Source of the DNA: the human T2T-CHM13v2.0 reference genome, Homo sapiens
DNA length: 64,000 nt
NCBI RefSeq assembly: GCF_009914755.1
Contig: NC_060928.1
Reading direction: 5' to 3' (one strand)
Position numbers and translations under genes: made by a program. The notes under the pieces are model-generated. The model was not told where the DNA came from. It saw only the letters and a program-made list of their open reading frames with translations, and did not search any database. Positions 1 to 18,200 of the stretch are shown in pieces. Within the stretch, counting starts at the first letter, position 1. Every line of letters starts with the position of its first letter.

Positions 1-547
1 GCTCCCTTTGACTCTTTTCTGTGACCATTCTTGAGCACATGGTATAAAATAAAGAGAACATAGGGAAACAGTTTCTCTATATTTCGTTTTGGAGTAATTT
101 TATTAGGGAAAATATCTTGTTCATAATTACCGGTATGTGAAGCCGAATTTCCTTAGCCGTAAATACTGTCTTATTTCAGCATGCTTCGCACTTTCTTCTG
201 CGGCCACATTTGGGAAGAGAACGTTGACACAACACGTGTGGATATGTTCGTTGTGTATAGTGGTCCTTTTTTTCTACACATGATATGGTGCACCGTATAG
301 TTTTCTTTCACAGAAGTTAGATTCTGGAAAACCAATGTTAGTATTTTTATCAAAGTACTTACTGTCACAGTTGATCTCTGTGATTTGAAACCCTCTCGTC
401 GATAGACTGCAGAGATCTTTTCCTAGAGGCCACTCACCAGTCAGAAACCTTTGTGTTTTTATGGTTAAAAAACTGTAGGTCCCTTCACTTCTGTTGTTAA
501 TGGAAGTAACTAAAAGAAAGAGACAGCTTTGAAATACTGTGATACGA

Positions 548-731
548 AGAGTCAGAAATCCTGGGTTGGAGATGGGCCCTGCCACTCCCTCTCATGCCAT
601 TGGTAACCTTAGGCAAGCCATTTTAACCTCTCCCAGAGTCTGTTTCCTCTCTGAAAAAATGGATATAATAATACCGTACTATTAAGTGAGATAATGCATA
701 TGAAAGTATGTACAAATGTGAGGTATTATTA
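548..731 (+). mobile_element. MIR SINE
   Basis: MIR core 'aggcaagccattttaacctctcccagagtctgtttcctctctgaaaaaatggatataata' and 3' part 'attaagtgagataatgcata'. Confidence 0.75.
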
Positions 732-1475
732 GTCCATGAAGCAAAGACGATCCTTTTAAGGGGACCTGTTAAGTTGCAAAACCAAAAACTTCTGAAGCTC
801 TAGAAACCCTTACCACAGGAGCAAATGGGGACAGTGTTACGCTCTCGCGTCCATGCTATGACCATCTCCACGCCTCCATCAGTTGTGTTACAAAGGCCAC
901 CAAAATCACTGAAGCAGTTGTTACCCCCAAGTGAGTGTGATGAGAGAACATTTTCAGAACAGGGTGAATGTGCCTTAACTCGTGTTTATGTTGGGCTCTT
1001 AATGAATTCATAAATGAATGAAGAAAATAACACTGAAAACAATATCTTCTTGTGAGACATTTAACACACATTACAGCAGCTCTGAAAACAGTCTTAGTAT
1101 AATGGCTTGAGAAAGCAGTAATGTTTATGTGGATAAAATACCCCCAACAACAGTTGTAAGGACTCACAGGTGGGGAGAGTGACTAGAAAGGTATATAAGA
1201 GTTGTTTCTTGGGACTGTGTGAGTGCCACAAAAATCTATGTTTTAGAATAGACTGTGATTATGTATCCCAGACAGAGGTATCTCAAGTTTACAATGCAGT
1301 AAAGATTATTGCTAGGGCTGGCTGGGAAGTGACAGGAGTACCACAGGTGTAGTGCATAGGGCATTTAGCTGAATGTACCTCAGTGTGATCCTTTCTAACC
1401 TAAGGTAACCCCACCAAGGGAGCCATTTCCTGGGCTCATTGGGAGCCATTTTCCAATATAAGCTTTTCAGTGTGA

Positions 1476-2046
<571 letters not shown>

Positions 2047-3545
2047 TAAATTAAAAGTGGATGCTGATCAAGTTCACTGGTCAACTTCAATTCTTCCTTT
2101 CTCTTTTCTTTACAGATGCAGCCTTTTTGAAATTTATTCTTGGCCAAAAGAGGAAGATAGTTCAAGGATTCTATCTTGCTTTTGGGGGGCAATGGAGAAA
2201 CCCTGAAAACACTTAAGGAAAACCTGAGGCCTTCTATAAGAAAATAAACTCCCTGAAAGGGGAGGCAGGGCCAAGGAATTTACTTATTTTTATAAATCTC
2301 TTTCCTGGGTGGATATGGTAATGGATGTGTTTCTTGAATTGTGGTAAATGTACCTCATAAAATGGATGGACTGGGGCTATATTCTCAGGCTTCCTGGGCT
2401 CTGTTGGCATTGGGCAAGCACGTAATGCCTGGTTTGAGGCTAGAAGCCAAAGCCACAACCTTCTTGCAGTACCAACTGAGCCATAGGGAGATTAATGCAG
2501 AACAAGGTCGTTAGTCTCATTGTTTATCCAGTTACTAGCCGCATAGATTTTGTGTAAATTTCAGCTACAGTGGTTGCAGCCTGCCTTTGATGTGTGTAAT
2601 CTGTACATTTTAGTGCTCCAGGAAAGTACCTGATTGACAAGATCTACATCCAATGCCCAGAAAACACATCCTACACAGGCACAGTGAAGCGTGGAGTTGA
2701 AGAATTTTCCAGTGAGTTCCATCAAAGTAAATAAACCAACCTAGAGCATCAGGATTGAGCCTCCTTTTTCTCATGACATGACTTTTGAGTGTCCTTGGGA
2801 ATGGTTTGTATTTGTTTTCATTTGAAACTGGGTAACTGCTTTAAATCCTTATTTACCTCTCAGAGGAAGAACTTGGCCTGTATGACATTTGACCTTGAGG
2901 ATGCTTTCTGTTTTAAAGCACTTCTGTCCATAAAAACAGACTCCTTGAGTGAGGTTACCTGTACTCATATATACATTTATCCAAGACACAGCCAATTTCT
3001 AGTTCCTTCCTTAGCTTTGTCTTGCTTGTATGGCTACGCTTAAACTCAGAATTAACAACGATGGGAGTGAATTCAGATGGTAGAGACAGCCAGTGCAAAT
3101 AGTTTAGGCTACAAAATTGTCATCTGGCTCCACCAAACACTTTTCTTTGGCCAAAATAAAGCTAATTTGCCTCATCTGAATTTGACTTAAAGGTCCTGCA
3201 GTCCCGCTCTGCCAATTAACAGATCTCAAGTCCACTTCCCTTAGGTTAAATTGGCAGAAAGCAAAGGACAGAGATAAACTACTATCCTATGAGGTTAGAC
3301 GGTAATTTTTGACTGCCAGTTCTGATAACCCCAGACTCCCAAATATATTTTGAGATTCATTTGAATTACCGAGATATTTGATTTTTGCAGTTCAAATTAC
3401 TAGGATAATTTTTTACATTGTTTTGCTTTGTATCTCACAGTGGCTGAGTAAGACAGACCTTGTTGAAGCTCTAACTCTCTCACTGTTAGCCCTCCCTGTC
3501 CTGCACCTTTGCAGTTGCCTCCTAATGAGTCTCTGGCTTTCATTC

Positions 3546-3785
3546 TTTTTTTTTTCCGAGACAGTCTCCCACTATCGCCCAGGCTGGAGTGCAGTGGTGT
3601 GAACTCGGCTCCCAGGTTCAAGTGATTCTCGTGCCTCAGCCTCCCAAGTAGTTGGAACTACAGGTGTGCACCACCACAGTTGGCTTTTTGTATTTTTAGT
3701 AGAGACAGGGTTTTGCTGTGTTGGCCAGGCTGGTCTTGAACTCCTGACCTCAAGCAATCCACCCACCTTGACCTCTCAAAGTGCT
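3546..3785 (-). mobile_element. Alu (S/J), internally deleted and 5'-truncated
   Basis: Alu sequence with the 'cactgcaacctccgcct' segment missing; ends at 'caaagtgct'. Confidence 0.9.
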
Positions 3786-3789
3786 CTGG

Positions 3790-4410
3790 CATCCGTTCTT
3801 GCTGGGTTCCATGCATGCCCCACAATAGTCCATGCCTCATAGAGCAGCCAAAGTCATCCTTTAACATTTCCTACTTGTGGCTTCCAAGTCCCTATGTGAG
3901 CTGTTACCTGGCTTCCTCTTGCTCACTGCTCTCTAGCACCACTGGCTCTCCAGCTGTTCCTTCAGAGTGCAAAGCACATGCACGCACGTGTACACACACA
4001 CACACACACACACACATGCACACACACACACACACACTATACACCTCAGTCCTTGTTGCCTCTGCCCAGAAGCTCCTGGCCAGGTAGATGTTCACAGGGC
4101 TCACTCCCTGACTTCATTCAGGTTCTGCTCAGATAGTCCCTCCTTAGAGCTTGTTATCTTAAAAAATAGCCATCCCCCCAAACCTTCTGCCTTCACTCCA
4201 ATTCCGGTCACTCTCCATTTTTTTTATGGACTTCATCTTCTTTTACTGTCACTGCTTGGCCTATTTTTTATACTTACTTACTAATTAGCTTTCTTTCCCA
4301 CTGGTTCATAAGTTCCATGAGGGTAGGGACTTTGCTTTGTTTTATCCTTACTTCCTGTGGCAGCTCTTGGTGCATAGAAAATATACTAGCAAGGTGTGTA
4401 GAAGAATAAA
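3790..4410 (+). mobile_element. L2 LINE 3' region
   Basis: L2-like 'ggctcactccctgacttcattcagg' and 'taagttccatgagggtagggactttg'. Confidence 0.7.
3974..4037. repeat. Interrupted (CA)n microsatellite
   Basis: Direct inspection. Confidence 0.95.
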
Positions 4411-4542
4411 TTAACATGCCTTTGACAACCTCAGGTTTCTTATCTGGAATACTTCCCTTATGGAAGATTACAAATAATTGTTATAAAATTACCTGGCATA
4501 CAGTAGATACACTCAGTAGGTGATAACTGTAATTATGCAGAT

Positions 4543-5158
<616 letters not shown>

Positions 5159-6001
5159 AGTCAACTGTTTAATGACAAGTTTTTGTCAGATTCATCTTTG
5201 TAACCCCCATATTGCCTTACACATTTCCCTCAAAACAGTAGTTGATCAAAAATGTATCAAAGAATATCATAACAATATATTGTTATATACTATTTTTCAT
5301 GGCAAATTCAGACTTTCAACTTATTGGAGGGTGAAATAAGTCTTGGTGAAGTAACTTGAGATTATAATCATTTTAAGTGTATTATAACAGTGCTTTGCCC
5401 ATAAGAGAGGTGTGCAATGAATAGTTGTGGTTCTCGTGTGTTGCTGAGTTGAGTACTTTTCTACATTGTAAATAATAGATTTACCATTGAACTTTAGGAA
5501 ATACATAAGTTGAAGGTTTTCTGTATCATATTCTCTAGAATAACTTTCTCCTCCCTGTAAAACTGCCAAACCTGCACTTCTATAAGAGTCATCCAGGATC
5601 AAAAGTTTCTCCAGAAATATATACCATGGAGAGTGCCTACTCCCACTACAGATTTCATTTTCAGGTACAATTCCTGAACTGCTTCTTGGTACACATGGGC
5701 CAGATATAATAGTAAGTCTATTCTGTCCTATGCCTTGAGTTTTCACTAAAATGCTTTAATAAGGCATTAGCCTTAGGCCTAGCAAATTCTTTTAGTTGCA
5801 AAAGTCATTCCCCTCCATTTCAGAGATTTAAACCTGATGCAATAAGAGGAGGAAGATGAACAAAAGAGCAGGGTCATTTTCTGGAAGAAATGGGTAAAGA
5901 CTGTTTGTTGAGAGATGTACCTCTAAAGCCTTGATATGCTTTTATGGTAGAGAAGTATTACATAAACATACTATCCTTACTGTGACTAAAAATGACCCAT
6001 A

Positions 6002-6307
<306 letters not shown>

Positions 6308-6342
6308 GTGAACCATAGATTTTCAGTGAAGTACAGAGAGTA

Positions 6343-7409
<1,067 letters not shown>

Positions 7410-7515
7410 TCACATGAAGATATTAGTGATACATTGCTAAGTTAAAAAATAAAGTTATAAGAGAATAAATGCAATCATACCTCATTTTAAAAAGTTTATG
7501 TTTACAGATCATTTA

Positions 7516-7623
7516 TTAGAATGTAAACTCTATGAGCAGGGGCACTGTTTTGTTTACCTCAGTATATCTGATGTCTAGAACAATTCCTGGCACAAAGTAG
7601 GCACTTAGTCAATATCTGTTGAC
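7516..7623 (+). mobile_element. L2 3' terminus
   Basis: 'tagaatgtaaactctatgagcagggg...cctggcacaaagtaggcactta...tgttga'. Confidence 0.75.
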
Positions 7624-7675
7624 TATATCTGGAAGGACAGACAGTAAGATACTAATAGTAGTTTTCTCTGAATAG

Positions 7676-8019
<344 letters not shown>

Positions 8020-8279
8020 GCATTTGGAAAATTTTATATGCAATGAACCAACATTTTTAAAGTAATAAAATATAATTTTAAATGTTATGTGATAAAAATA
8101 TCTTAAAAAGTGAAAGAGCTGATCTTGGGTAATTTTGACAACAAAAATTAGTAAATCACAGAAGAAGAGTATCAGGAACTGGGGGCAGTATTGGAGCCAC
8201 TGCATTATAGCAGACACAATTTCAGGGCCACCTGCTGGTCATGCAGAGGTCAATATAAAAGGGCTCTGACAGTTTATAG

Positions 8280-8486
8280 CAAGCTTGTCCAACCCATGGC
8301 CCACAGCCCACATATGGCCCAGGACAACTTTGAATGCAGCTGAATATGAATTCGTAAACTTTCTTAAAACATTATGATTTATTTTATTTTTTAGCTCATC
8401 GGCTATTGTTAGTATATTGTATGTGTGGCCCAAGACAATTCTTCTTCCACTGTGGCCCAGGGAAGCCAAAAGATTGGACACCCCTG
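8280..8486. mobile_element. MER30 (hAT-Charlie MITE)
   Basis: TIRs caagcttgtccaa / ttggacacccctg; 8-bp TSD gtttatag / gtttataa. Confidence 0.88.
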
Positions 8487-8519
8487 GTTTATAATGATCA
8501 GAAAGATGGGCTGTTTTTT

Positions 8520-8736
8520 TTTAAGGTAATAATTTAAACACAATGAAATGTGTAGGTCTTAAGTGTACAAAGTGTACAAATACACACGTGTGTGTGTGTT
8601 TTAAATCGGGCAGCTCTGAGAGTCACAGGTGATTCTGAAAGACTCCCCAGAGTGTTTTGATTAATATATACACCTGTGAAACTATCACTCCATCATGATA
8701 TAGAACATTTCAGTCATCCCAGAAATTTCCCCTATG
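8520..8736 (-). mobile_element. L1M 3' end fragment with an internal insertion
   Basis: 'tcttaagtgtaca...tatagaacatttcagtcatcccagaaatttccc'. Confidence 0.65.
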
Positions 8737-11707
8737 GGATGAACTTATTTCAAAGCAACTTCTTAAGCTACATTTTTGGTGAAATGACATTTGTTGGTAG
8801 TTTGTGGTTTTCTTGCTGGTTGCTTCGGATATATTCCTTAACTCTGTAATTTATTTTCTCTATCTGAACAACTTGTCACCTTAGAGTATCCCTTTCTAGA
8901 AAACATGCTAATACTGTAATGTACTTAATAGGAAGGAGAGAAATGGAACTCAGGTTATTGGATTGGCTATCAAAGTGCTGAATTGAAACACTGACCAAGT
9001 AAATTGCATGAAATAATTTGTATTATAAACTGTTTTTCATTGTAGTAAGTGAAATGTCTGTTGTCTTAACGACTGACAGTCGGAAGAGGTCTTGGTTTGC
9101 TCCAGACATGGATGTTTGGGGAAGGGTATTAGGGGAGCAAGTGACTAAGGACCTGATGGGGTGATTTCCAGAGGCAGCTGTGTGCCAGAGACTTGGGAAC
9201 ATGAGGCTCTTTGGTGGGTGCAGAAGCGCAGGAGAGCAACGTGGATTTGTGCATGCCCCCTGCACATACCTTCTAGGCTTAGCATTCCTCTGGCCTCTGT
9301 CGGTTCAACATGTGGTTGAACACAGCAAACAGGAACATCTTTTGGCTGTGGCACAATATTGTACTTACTGTAAAAAAGATAGCATTTCCTGAATTTCTTT
9401 TGTGGGAAGTGTTAAAAAATACAGATAGGATGTATTTTTTTCCCCCTTACTGTGAAATAGCTGAAGTTCATCTCTCTTTCTCTCTCTCTCTTTTTCTCTT
9501 TCTCTTTCCTCTCTGTTTCTAAGGTGAAGATAAACCTCAACTTCCAGGAAGGGAAAAATTTAATTAACTTAAATATGGGCTCAAAGGTCCATGCCAAAAC
9601 AATGTGATCAATACATAGGTTAAAATTGTCCTAAAGAGGACTATGGAATGGATTGCAACATGGTTCAGGTCAGATGACTTCTGGGATTACTAGCCTGGTA
9701 GTCCAAAAAGACATTGCATGCTGTGAGGGAAATAAAAACAATAATGCGAAAACAACGTTAAGGATCTACTCCAAGTATGGCCCACAAAACACTCTTGAGC
9801 TGCTTGCTGTTGCGCCCCTGTGCGTTTCATCCCTCCTGCTCTCTTCGTCGACCCTACAGCATGTGGGGTGTGAAATCACTTGAGAAACTGTTTCCACTGG
9901 TTTGCTATGAGAATTTCATAGTTTGACCCCTGAAAATGAAGGGAATTAGAATTGATAGGAGGGATGATTTGGTGCCCAAAGTGGTGAATTGGTGCCAGAA
10001 GGTCACCTGAGTAAGAAATGCCTTTGCCTGGTGGCTACGTAAGTTAGAAATAAGTGAGCTGAAAATTAAAGTAAAAAAGGTTAATTTCTATGAGAATATC
10101 AGTTGGACAGACAGCAATTAGATAAGGTACAATCTAAGAAGTAAAGCAGGAGAGAGAGTTTACTTAATAACTAAATATTTACTTTTATCTCTTTCACTCA
10201 CTTGTAAACCAAGATAAGCCTGTTTGTTTTCTATATAAGAGTTAATGCTCTATGATTAATTATATTCATTATTCCAATAATAGCAACAATGAGCTTTAAA
10301 TGAAAATCATTGTCATTATGTCTATTTATTTCTTGGTTGCAAATTGAAAAAATATTGAAAATCAAATGGACATTGTACATTATTTACTAAGAATATTTCA
10401 CTTACTGTGGATGATTTAAAAAAAAACTATTCTGTTTCACTTAATGCTTCAAGTGAATTACATTTTCTGCCTCTCACATTTGAATACAAGGCTGTTATCT
10501 TAGGGCTCCCAGCACTGTGGAAGAAACATTTCATGGAAGTAACTCTATTTCAGCTGTAATGTCTCTTTCTGCTCCTTTTTTATTGAAGAAAAAAAAAGAA
10601 GAAAAAGAAAAGAAAAAGAAATAAAGCAATAATAATTATATTTCTAGCCCAGAAATATGATCCTTTGAATAAAACTCTGCCCTCACTTTCAGTTAATCAG
10701 AAGATGAGTGATATCCTATTTCTTTATAGTTTCCTCTAGTCTTGGTGAGATGAAAGAGGAATTTGCAATCAAATAAGAGTGGTATTGCAGACATTACAAC
10801 TAATTTATATAGTTAAAAACTCAGAATTGTATCCAGATCTGACCAGGAACATGACACAAGATTTAATTTAAAAGGAAAAAGGGGACAATTTCTTTTTTTT
10901 ATTTTGGTAACTCAATTTACATTGTGCCATGACTCAGTAATTATGCTGCAAGCCTCACTGTGAACACTGATGAATTGACTTTGTGTCCATCTATTATGTT
11001 GACACTGGATTAAAATAGAACTAACTCCATCATTCAGGTTGGAGAAAATTCAGAAGTATTGCTTACTCCTCTTTTCTTTCTACTGTCTCCTTTTTCTCAT
11101 GTTCCAGATTATTGGTGCCTCACCAGAAGAGAACAGAGGAGAGACTTACTGACTTACATAAAACATTCATTAACTTACCATAGAGACTACATATGCAGAA
11201 TATCCATCACATCTACCCCACATACTGTAGTATGTAGCCAATATTTTGTTCATGTGAAAAGTAGAGAATTACACCAATCATTTAAATAACTTAGGTAAAA
11301 CACTGTTGAAGAAAAACTTTATTTAAACCCAAATTAATTAATTCAAAAAGAGCTAATATTCAATCGTGCTTTATTTTGTCAAGGAAATAATTAGACATTT
11401 CTTTAGGTTCCAAGCAGTACTGAAATCATAGGCACAAAGTGGGTAGCAAATGAACATACATTCCTCCTCTGCCTTCTCTTTGGACCACATTCCAGGCATG
11501 CTTTTTGCCCCAGCTCTCCACCAAAACTGCTAAATCTGATGGTCAATTCTCGTCCCCCTTATTTGACCCATCATCAGCATTTGACACAGTTGATTACACT
11601 TTCTTCAAACGCTTTCTTACCTTACTTCCAGGATGCCATCAGCTTCTGGTTCTTTCCGGATCTCCTTGGCTCTTCGTTAGTCTCCTTTGCTTGTTTTGTC
11701 TTCCTGA

Positions 11708-12437
<730 letters not shown>

Positions 12438-12719
12438 TGAAATATAACCAGAACCAGCTACTTCTCACCAGCCTAGTTCAAGCTGCAATCATTTTTCATC
12501 TAGATATTTATCATAGCCTCCTAACAGGTCTCCCTGTTTCTACCATGCTGTACCTGCTATTGTCTGCAAAGCTCACAGAGTGATCTTAAAACTATTGATG
12601 ACAAGCCAAATTCTGTAAAATATTTAAAGAGGTTTATTCTTAGCCAATATGAGTGACCCAGGCCTGGGGAACAGTATTAAGAGGTCCTGAGAAAGTATGT
12701 CCACGTGGTTGGGTTACAA

Positions 12720-13285
<566 letters not shown>

Positions 13286-15219
13286 TAGGTTTTATACATT
13301 TTAGGGAGACAGAAGATATCAACAAAGACATAGATCAATACATGCAAGGTATACATTGGTTTGGCCCCAAAAGGCAGGACACGTCATAGTATGAGGGGGT
13401 TACTTATAGGTCACAGGCGGATTCAAAGATTTTCGGATTGACAATTGGTTGAAAAAGTTAAGCTTTGTCTAGACTTGAAGTCAGTACAAAGACACGCTAG
13501 AGTCAAGATGCGGGGAGGATTGTGAAATCCAAGGTTCTTGTTATTTAGATTAAACCTCCAGGTAACAGCCTTAGAATAGATGGTAAATGTCTCTTTTCAA
13601 AACTTTTCGAAACAAAACTCTCCTTTAGTCCCTTTTAGATCCAGGAAAAACTAGAAAGGGAAGGAGATTTTCTAGAGATGCAAATTTCCCCGAGAGAGGG
13701 CTTTCTAGGGCCATTTCAAAATATGTCAAAGAAATATATTTTAGGGTAAAATCACTTTATTTCCTTCAGAGTCTTCTATCTCATGTGATGCTATATCAGA
13801 ATCAGGTTGGAATTTGGTAACTTATTGCCACAAAGAGTCTGTTTCTGTCAGTCTTATGATCTCTATTTCAGTGTTAATGCTGGTCAGTTGTCCTAAACTC
13901 TAGAAGGGAGGGGTATAACCAGGCATGCCTGACGTCCCTTCCTCTTATGGCTGGGAATTCAGTTTTTCGTGTTTCTCTGGGATCCCCTTGGCACAGAGGG
14001 GGTCCATACAGTCAGTTGGGGGGCTTGGCATTTTTTTGGTTTACAAACTTAGGTCAGTTTATGTCCCTCCTCTGCTCAGAATGCCCCAGCAGCTTACCAT
14101 TTCCCAATGTTCTGCAGGATCCTGTGTGATCTACACCCACCTCTTACTTTTCTGATCTCATCTCTCACTGTTCCCCTTGCTTTCTGTGCATTGGCCACTT
14201 GAGTTTATTTGCTTTCTCAAATCTTGGGCATGTTCTTACCCCAGCATCTTTGCAGAGGCTATTTCCTTTCTTCGTAGTAATGTTTCCCCAGATCTTCACA
14301 TGGCTCACTCCCTCACCTCCTGCAGGTCTTTCCAAATATCCCTTGTCAGTAAGGTCTTCCCTGATCACCCTATTTAAAATTATAACTCCTCTCCTAGCTG
14401 TTGGTACTCTTTATCCTCGTCTCTCACTATATTTGTAGTACTTATTACCAGCTGACATCCTATGTATTTTATTCATTTATTTTTATTTTTTGACTGTCTT
14501 CCCTAGTAGAATGTAATTCCCTGGAGGGAAGGGATTTTTGTCTGTTTCCTTCATTGCTATAAATCTAGGCACCTAGAACAGTTCCTGACTTGCAGATAGA
14601 ATCCAATAAATGTTTGTTGAATGAAAGAATATCTACAAAAATACATACACAAAAGTATCGTAGCACATAGTACCTATATACTTTACCTCTTGTTATTGTT
14701 GTGATCTCCTAAATGGATATAGCTTAATATACATATAAACAATAAATCATATTTTAAACAAATCAGGGAAGCTGTTATTAGAAGGCATTTGATGGCCCTT
14801 TTTTAAAGGTAAAAGTTCCATTTAAAAGTAAACAGTCATACTCTAATTTGTCTGTGTTGTCAATGTGACCTGCTTCTCTAGAGACAACTCTTTTGGAATG
14901 CTCTATTGAGCAGGCAGGTATTATGAAGCTATTTCTAATTGATAGGGAGAAGAGTAAACAAAATATCTGAAAAGTTCTGTTTTTCAGTGGCCTGGATGGA
15001 ATTCCACCAGGCCCCTCAGGACAGTTGTTGGGCCAGGCTTTATCCTTGCTGAGCTGTTTCAGGCCTTACAAGAGTATTTGAAGGTTTCCAGGGGTTGGGG
15101 AGCCTTGGCTTGGTGGTATGGGAGATGATTTTGAGTGATTTACAGGACTAGCAATAAATTATTTTCACTCAAATCATGAGAAAACTATTTCCTTTTCTAT
15201 TCTCTATCAGTCTAGTACC

Positions 15220-15702
15220 TGTAGCAGCCTCTGTTGGAACCTGGCCCATACCTTTTCACCTTTATCAAGTGGGTGTATGCCTGCCAGAGTTACACCTACA
15301 GCCCTTATATTCTTTGCCCAAGGCCTTCTCTTGACTATGAGACCTGCTTTGCTGCCCACAAGGCAACCCAGGAATGCTGGGGAATTAATGTCCTAGGGAT
15401 TGACCTTCAACAAGTGACTAATAGCAGTTGGTGTATAAATACCCCGTCTCTCTCATTCTTTGTGTAGGCGAATTCTGAGGTGTGTTTTACACTGGCTCCC
15501 TGAGTTTCCTCAGAGGGATGAAGCTCTAGTTGTCCACAGTGAGAGCTGGCTTGATAATATGTTATTCAATTGCTTCCTTCTCTTTTCTGCCTCACTTCCC
15601 ACCTCCTTCATTGTGTTTCCACATTTCCTTCACCTCGCAAGTAAACTAATTGCAACTGAATTCTAGTCACAGGTTTGCTTCTGGGAAAACTTGAACTACA
15701 GT
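15220..15702 (+). mobile_element. LTR16-family ERVL LTR
   Basis: 'tataaatacccc' and terminus 'taaactaattgcaactgaattctagtcacaggtttgcttctgggaaaac'. Confidence 0.7.
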
Positions 15703-16449
15703 ACCTGCAAATCTTTAACCATTTCTAGTGCCTGTTTATTTCCCTTTTTACCAGAGAGCTAGATCAGGTCTCAGGCTAGAAACCTCGAGTTGTTGAGAGA
15801 ATCTTGCTAGAATTTATACTAAGAGGGTTTTTTTCCCCTTCATTATATTTATTTTTTAATTGCCTACTATTTATTGTGATATTAGATTTTCCATTTACTA
15901 TTGTGATATAACTGGATTCATGTAAGAACTACTTTATTTAAACCAATTGGTTTAAATAAAATGCTTATAATAAGACTGGTGGTAAAGAGATATGGCAAAA
16001 ATCATAGACACACATGGCTGAAGCTTGGGGAAAAACCTGCTGTGAGTTCCTGAGCTAGCTCTGGAGGATCTTTGGAAGAACCAGAAAGTTTCACACTGTG
16101 CTTCATGTGCGGCCTGTACAAAATGGCAAGCAGTAATACGTAACAACTGTATTGTTTTATGCCATATTCCTCATAAAGCTGGTATCTTCTCTTAAGACTT
16201 TAAATGCTTAAGCAGGTTGAATAAACTTGCTTCATCTGTGTAATTTTAAAGGGTTTTCTTTTGGAATGTGGTACTTTCATCTTCCTCCCTCACCCTTTTA
16301 CTGGGGACAGAAGAAAATAGCAATCATCGTCATCTGAACACCTAGAAGTAACACTCGCGGACATTGTGTCGTATTTCCTCCCTGCCTTTTTCTGATAATA
16401 TAAACAAAGCACTGAACCTGCTCCACTGTCAGCCCCTTCCTTGATGACT

Positions 16450-17990
<1,541 letters not shown>

Positions 17991-18029
17991 TCAGAAAACA
18001 ATGAAACAAAACAGAAACAAACACCTGTC

Positions 18030-18200
18030 ATTTACACCCTATTCACTGCTTGCCCTGCGTATCACACATGTGATTTCTAGTCCTGGAAACAATCTGTAGA
18101 GTATCTCCATTTCACAGATATGAAAACTGACACTCAGAGCTAGGCTAAGGGTCATGCAGATAGTTTGTGGCAGAGCTGGGATTTGGAACCTGTGCCCTAT
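18030..18200 (-). mobile_element. MIR SINE
   Basis: 'ccatttcacagatatgaaaactgacactcagag...ggcagagctgggatttggaacc'. Confidence 0.75.

Noticed and set aside
1418-1454. Direct repeat gggagccattt(t)cc resembling NF-kB sites
   Set aside because: Spacing is too long for GGGRNNYYCC; probably a small local duplication
2584-2727. TCF/LEF motifs (CCTTTGATGT, CATCAAAG) here and scattered elsewhere
   Set aside because: Frequency is not clearly above expectation for AT-rich DNA without a computed background
9469-9670. Long pyrimidine tract ending aag|g (9523) as a 3' splice site
   Set aside because: The tract is a (CT)n-like simple repeat, downstream donors are weak, and there is no convincing frame
11060-11300. 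Strong-looking acceptor (ttccag| 11107) with a 60-codon frame; a similar acceptor at 2115
   Set aside because: Unrecognisable peptide; such acceptors are common by chance in long introns
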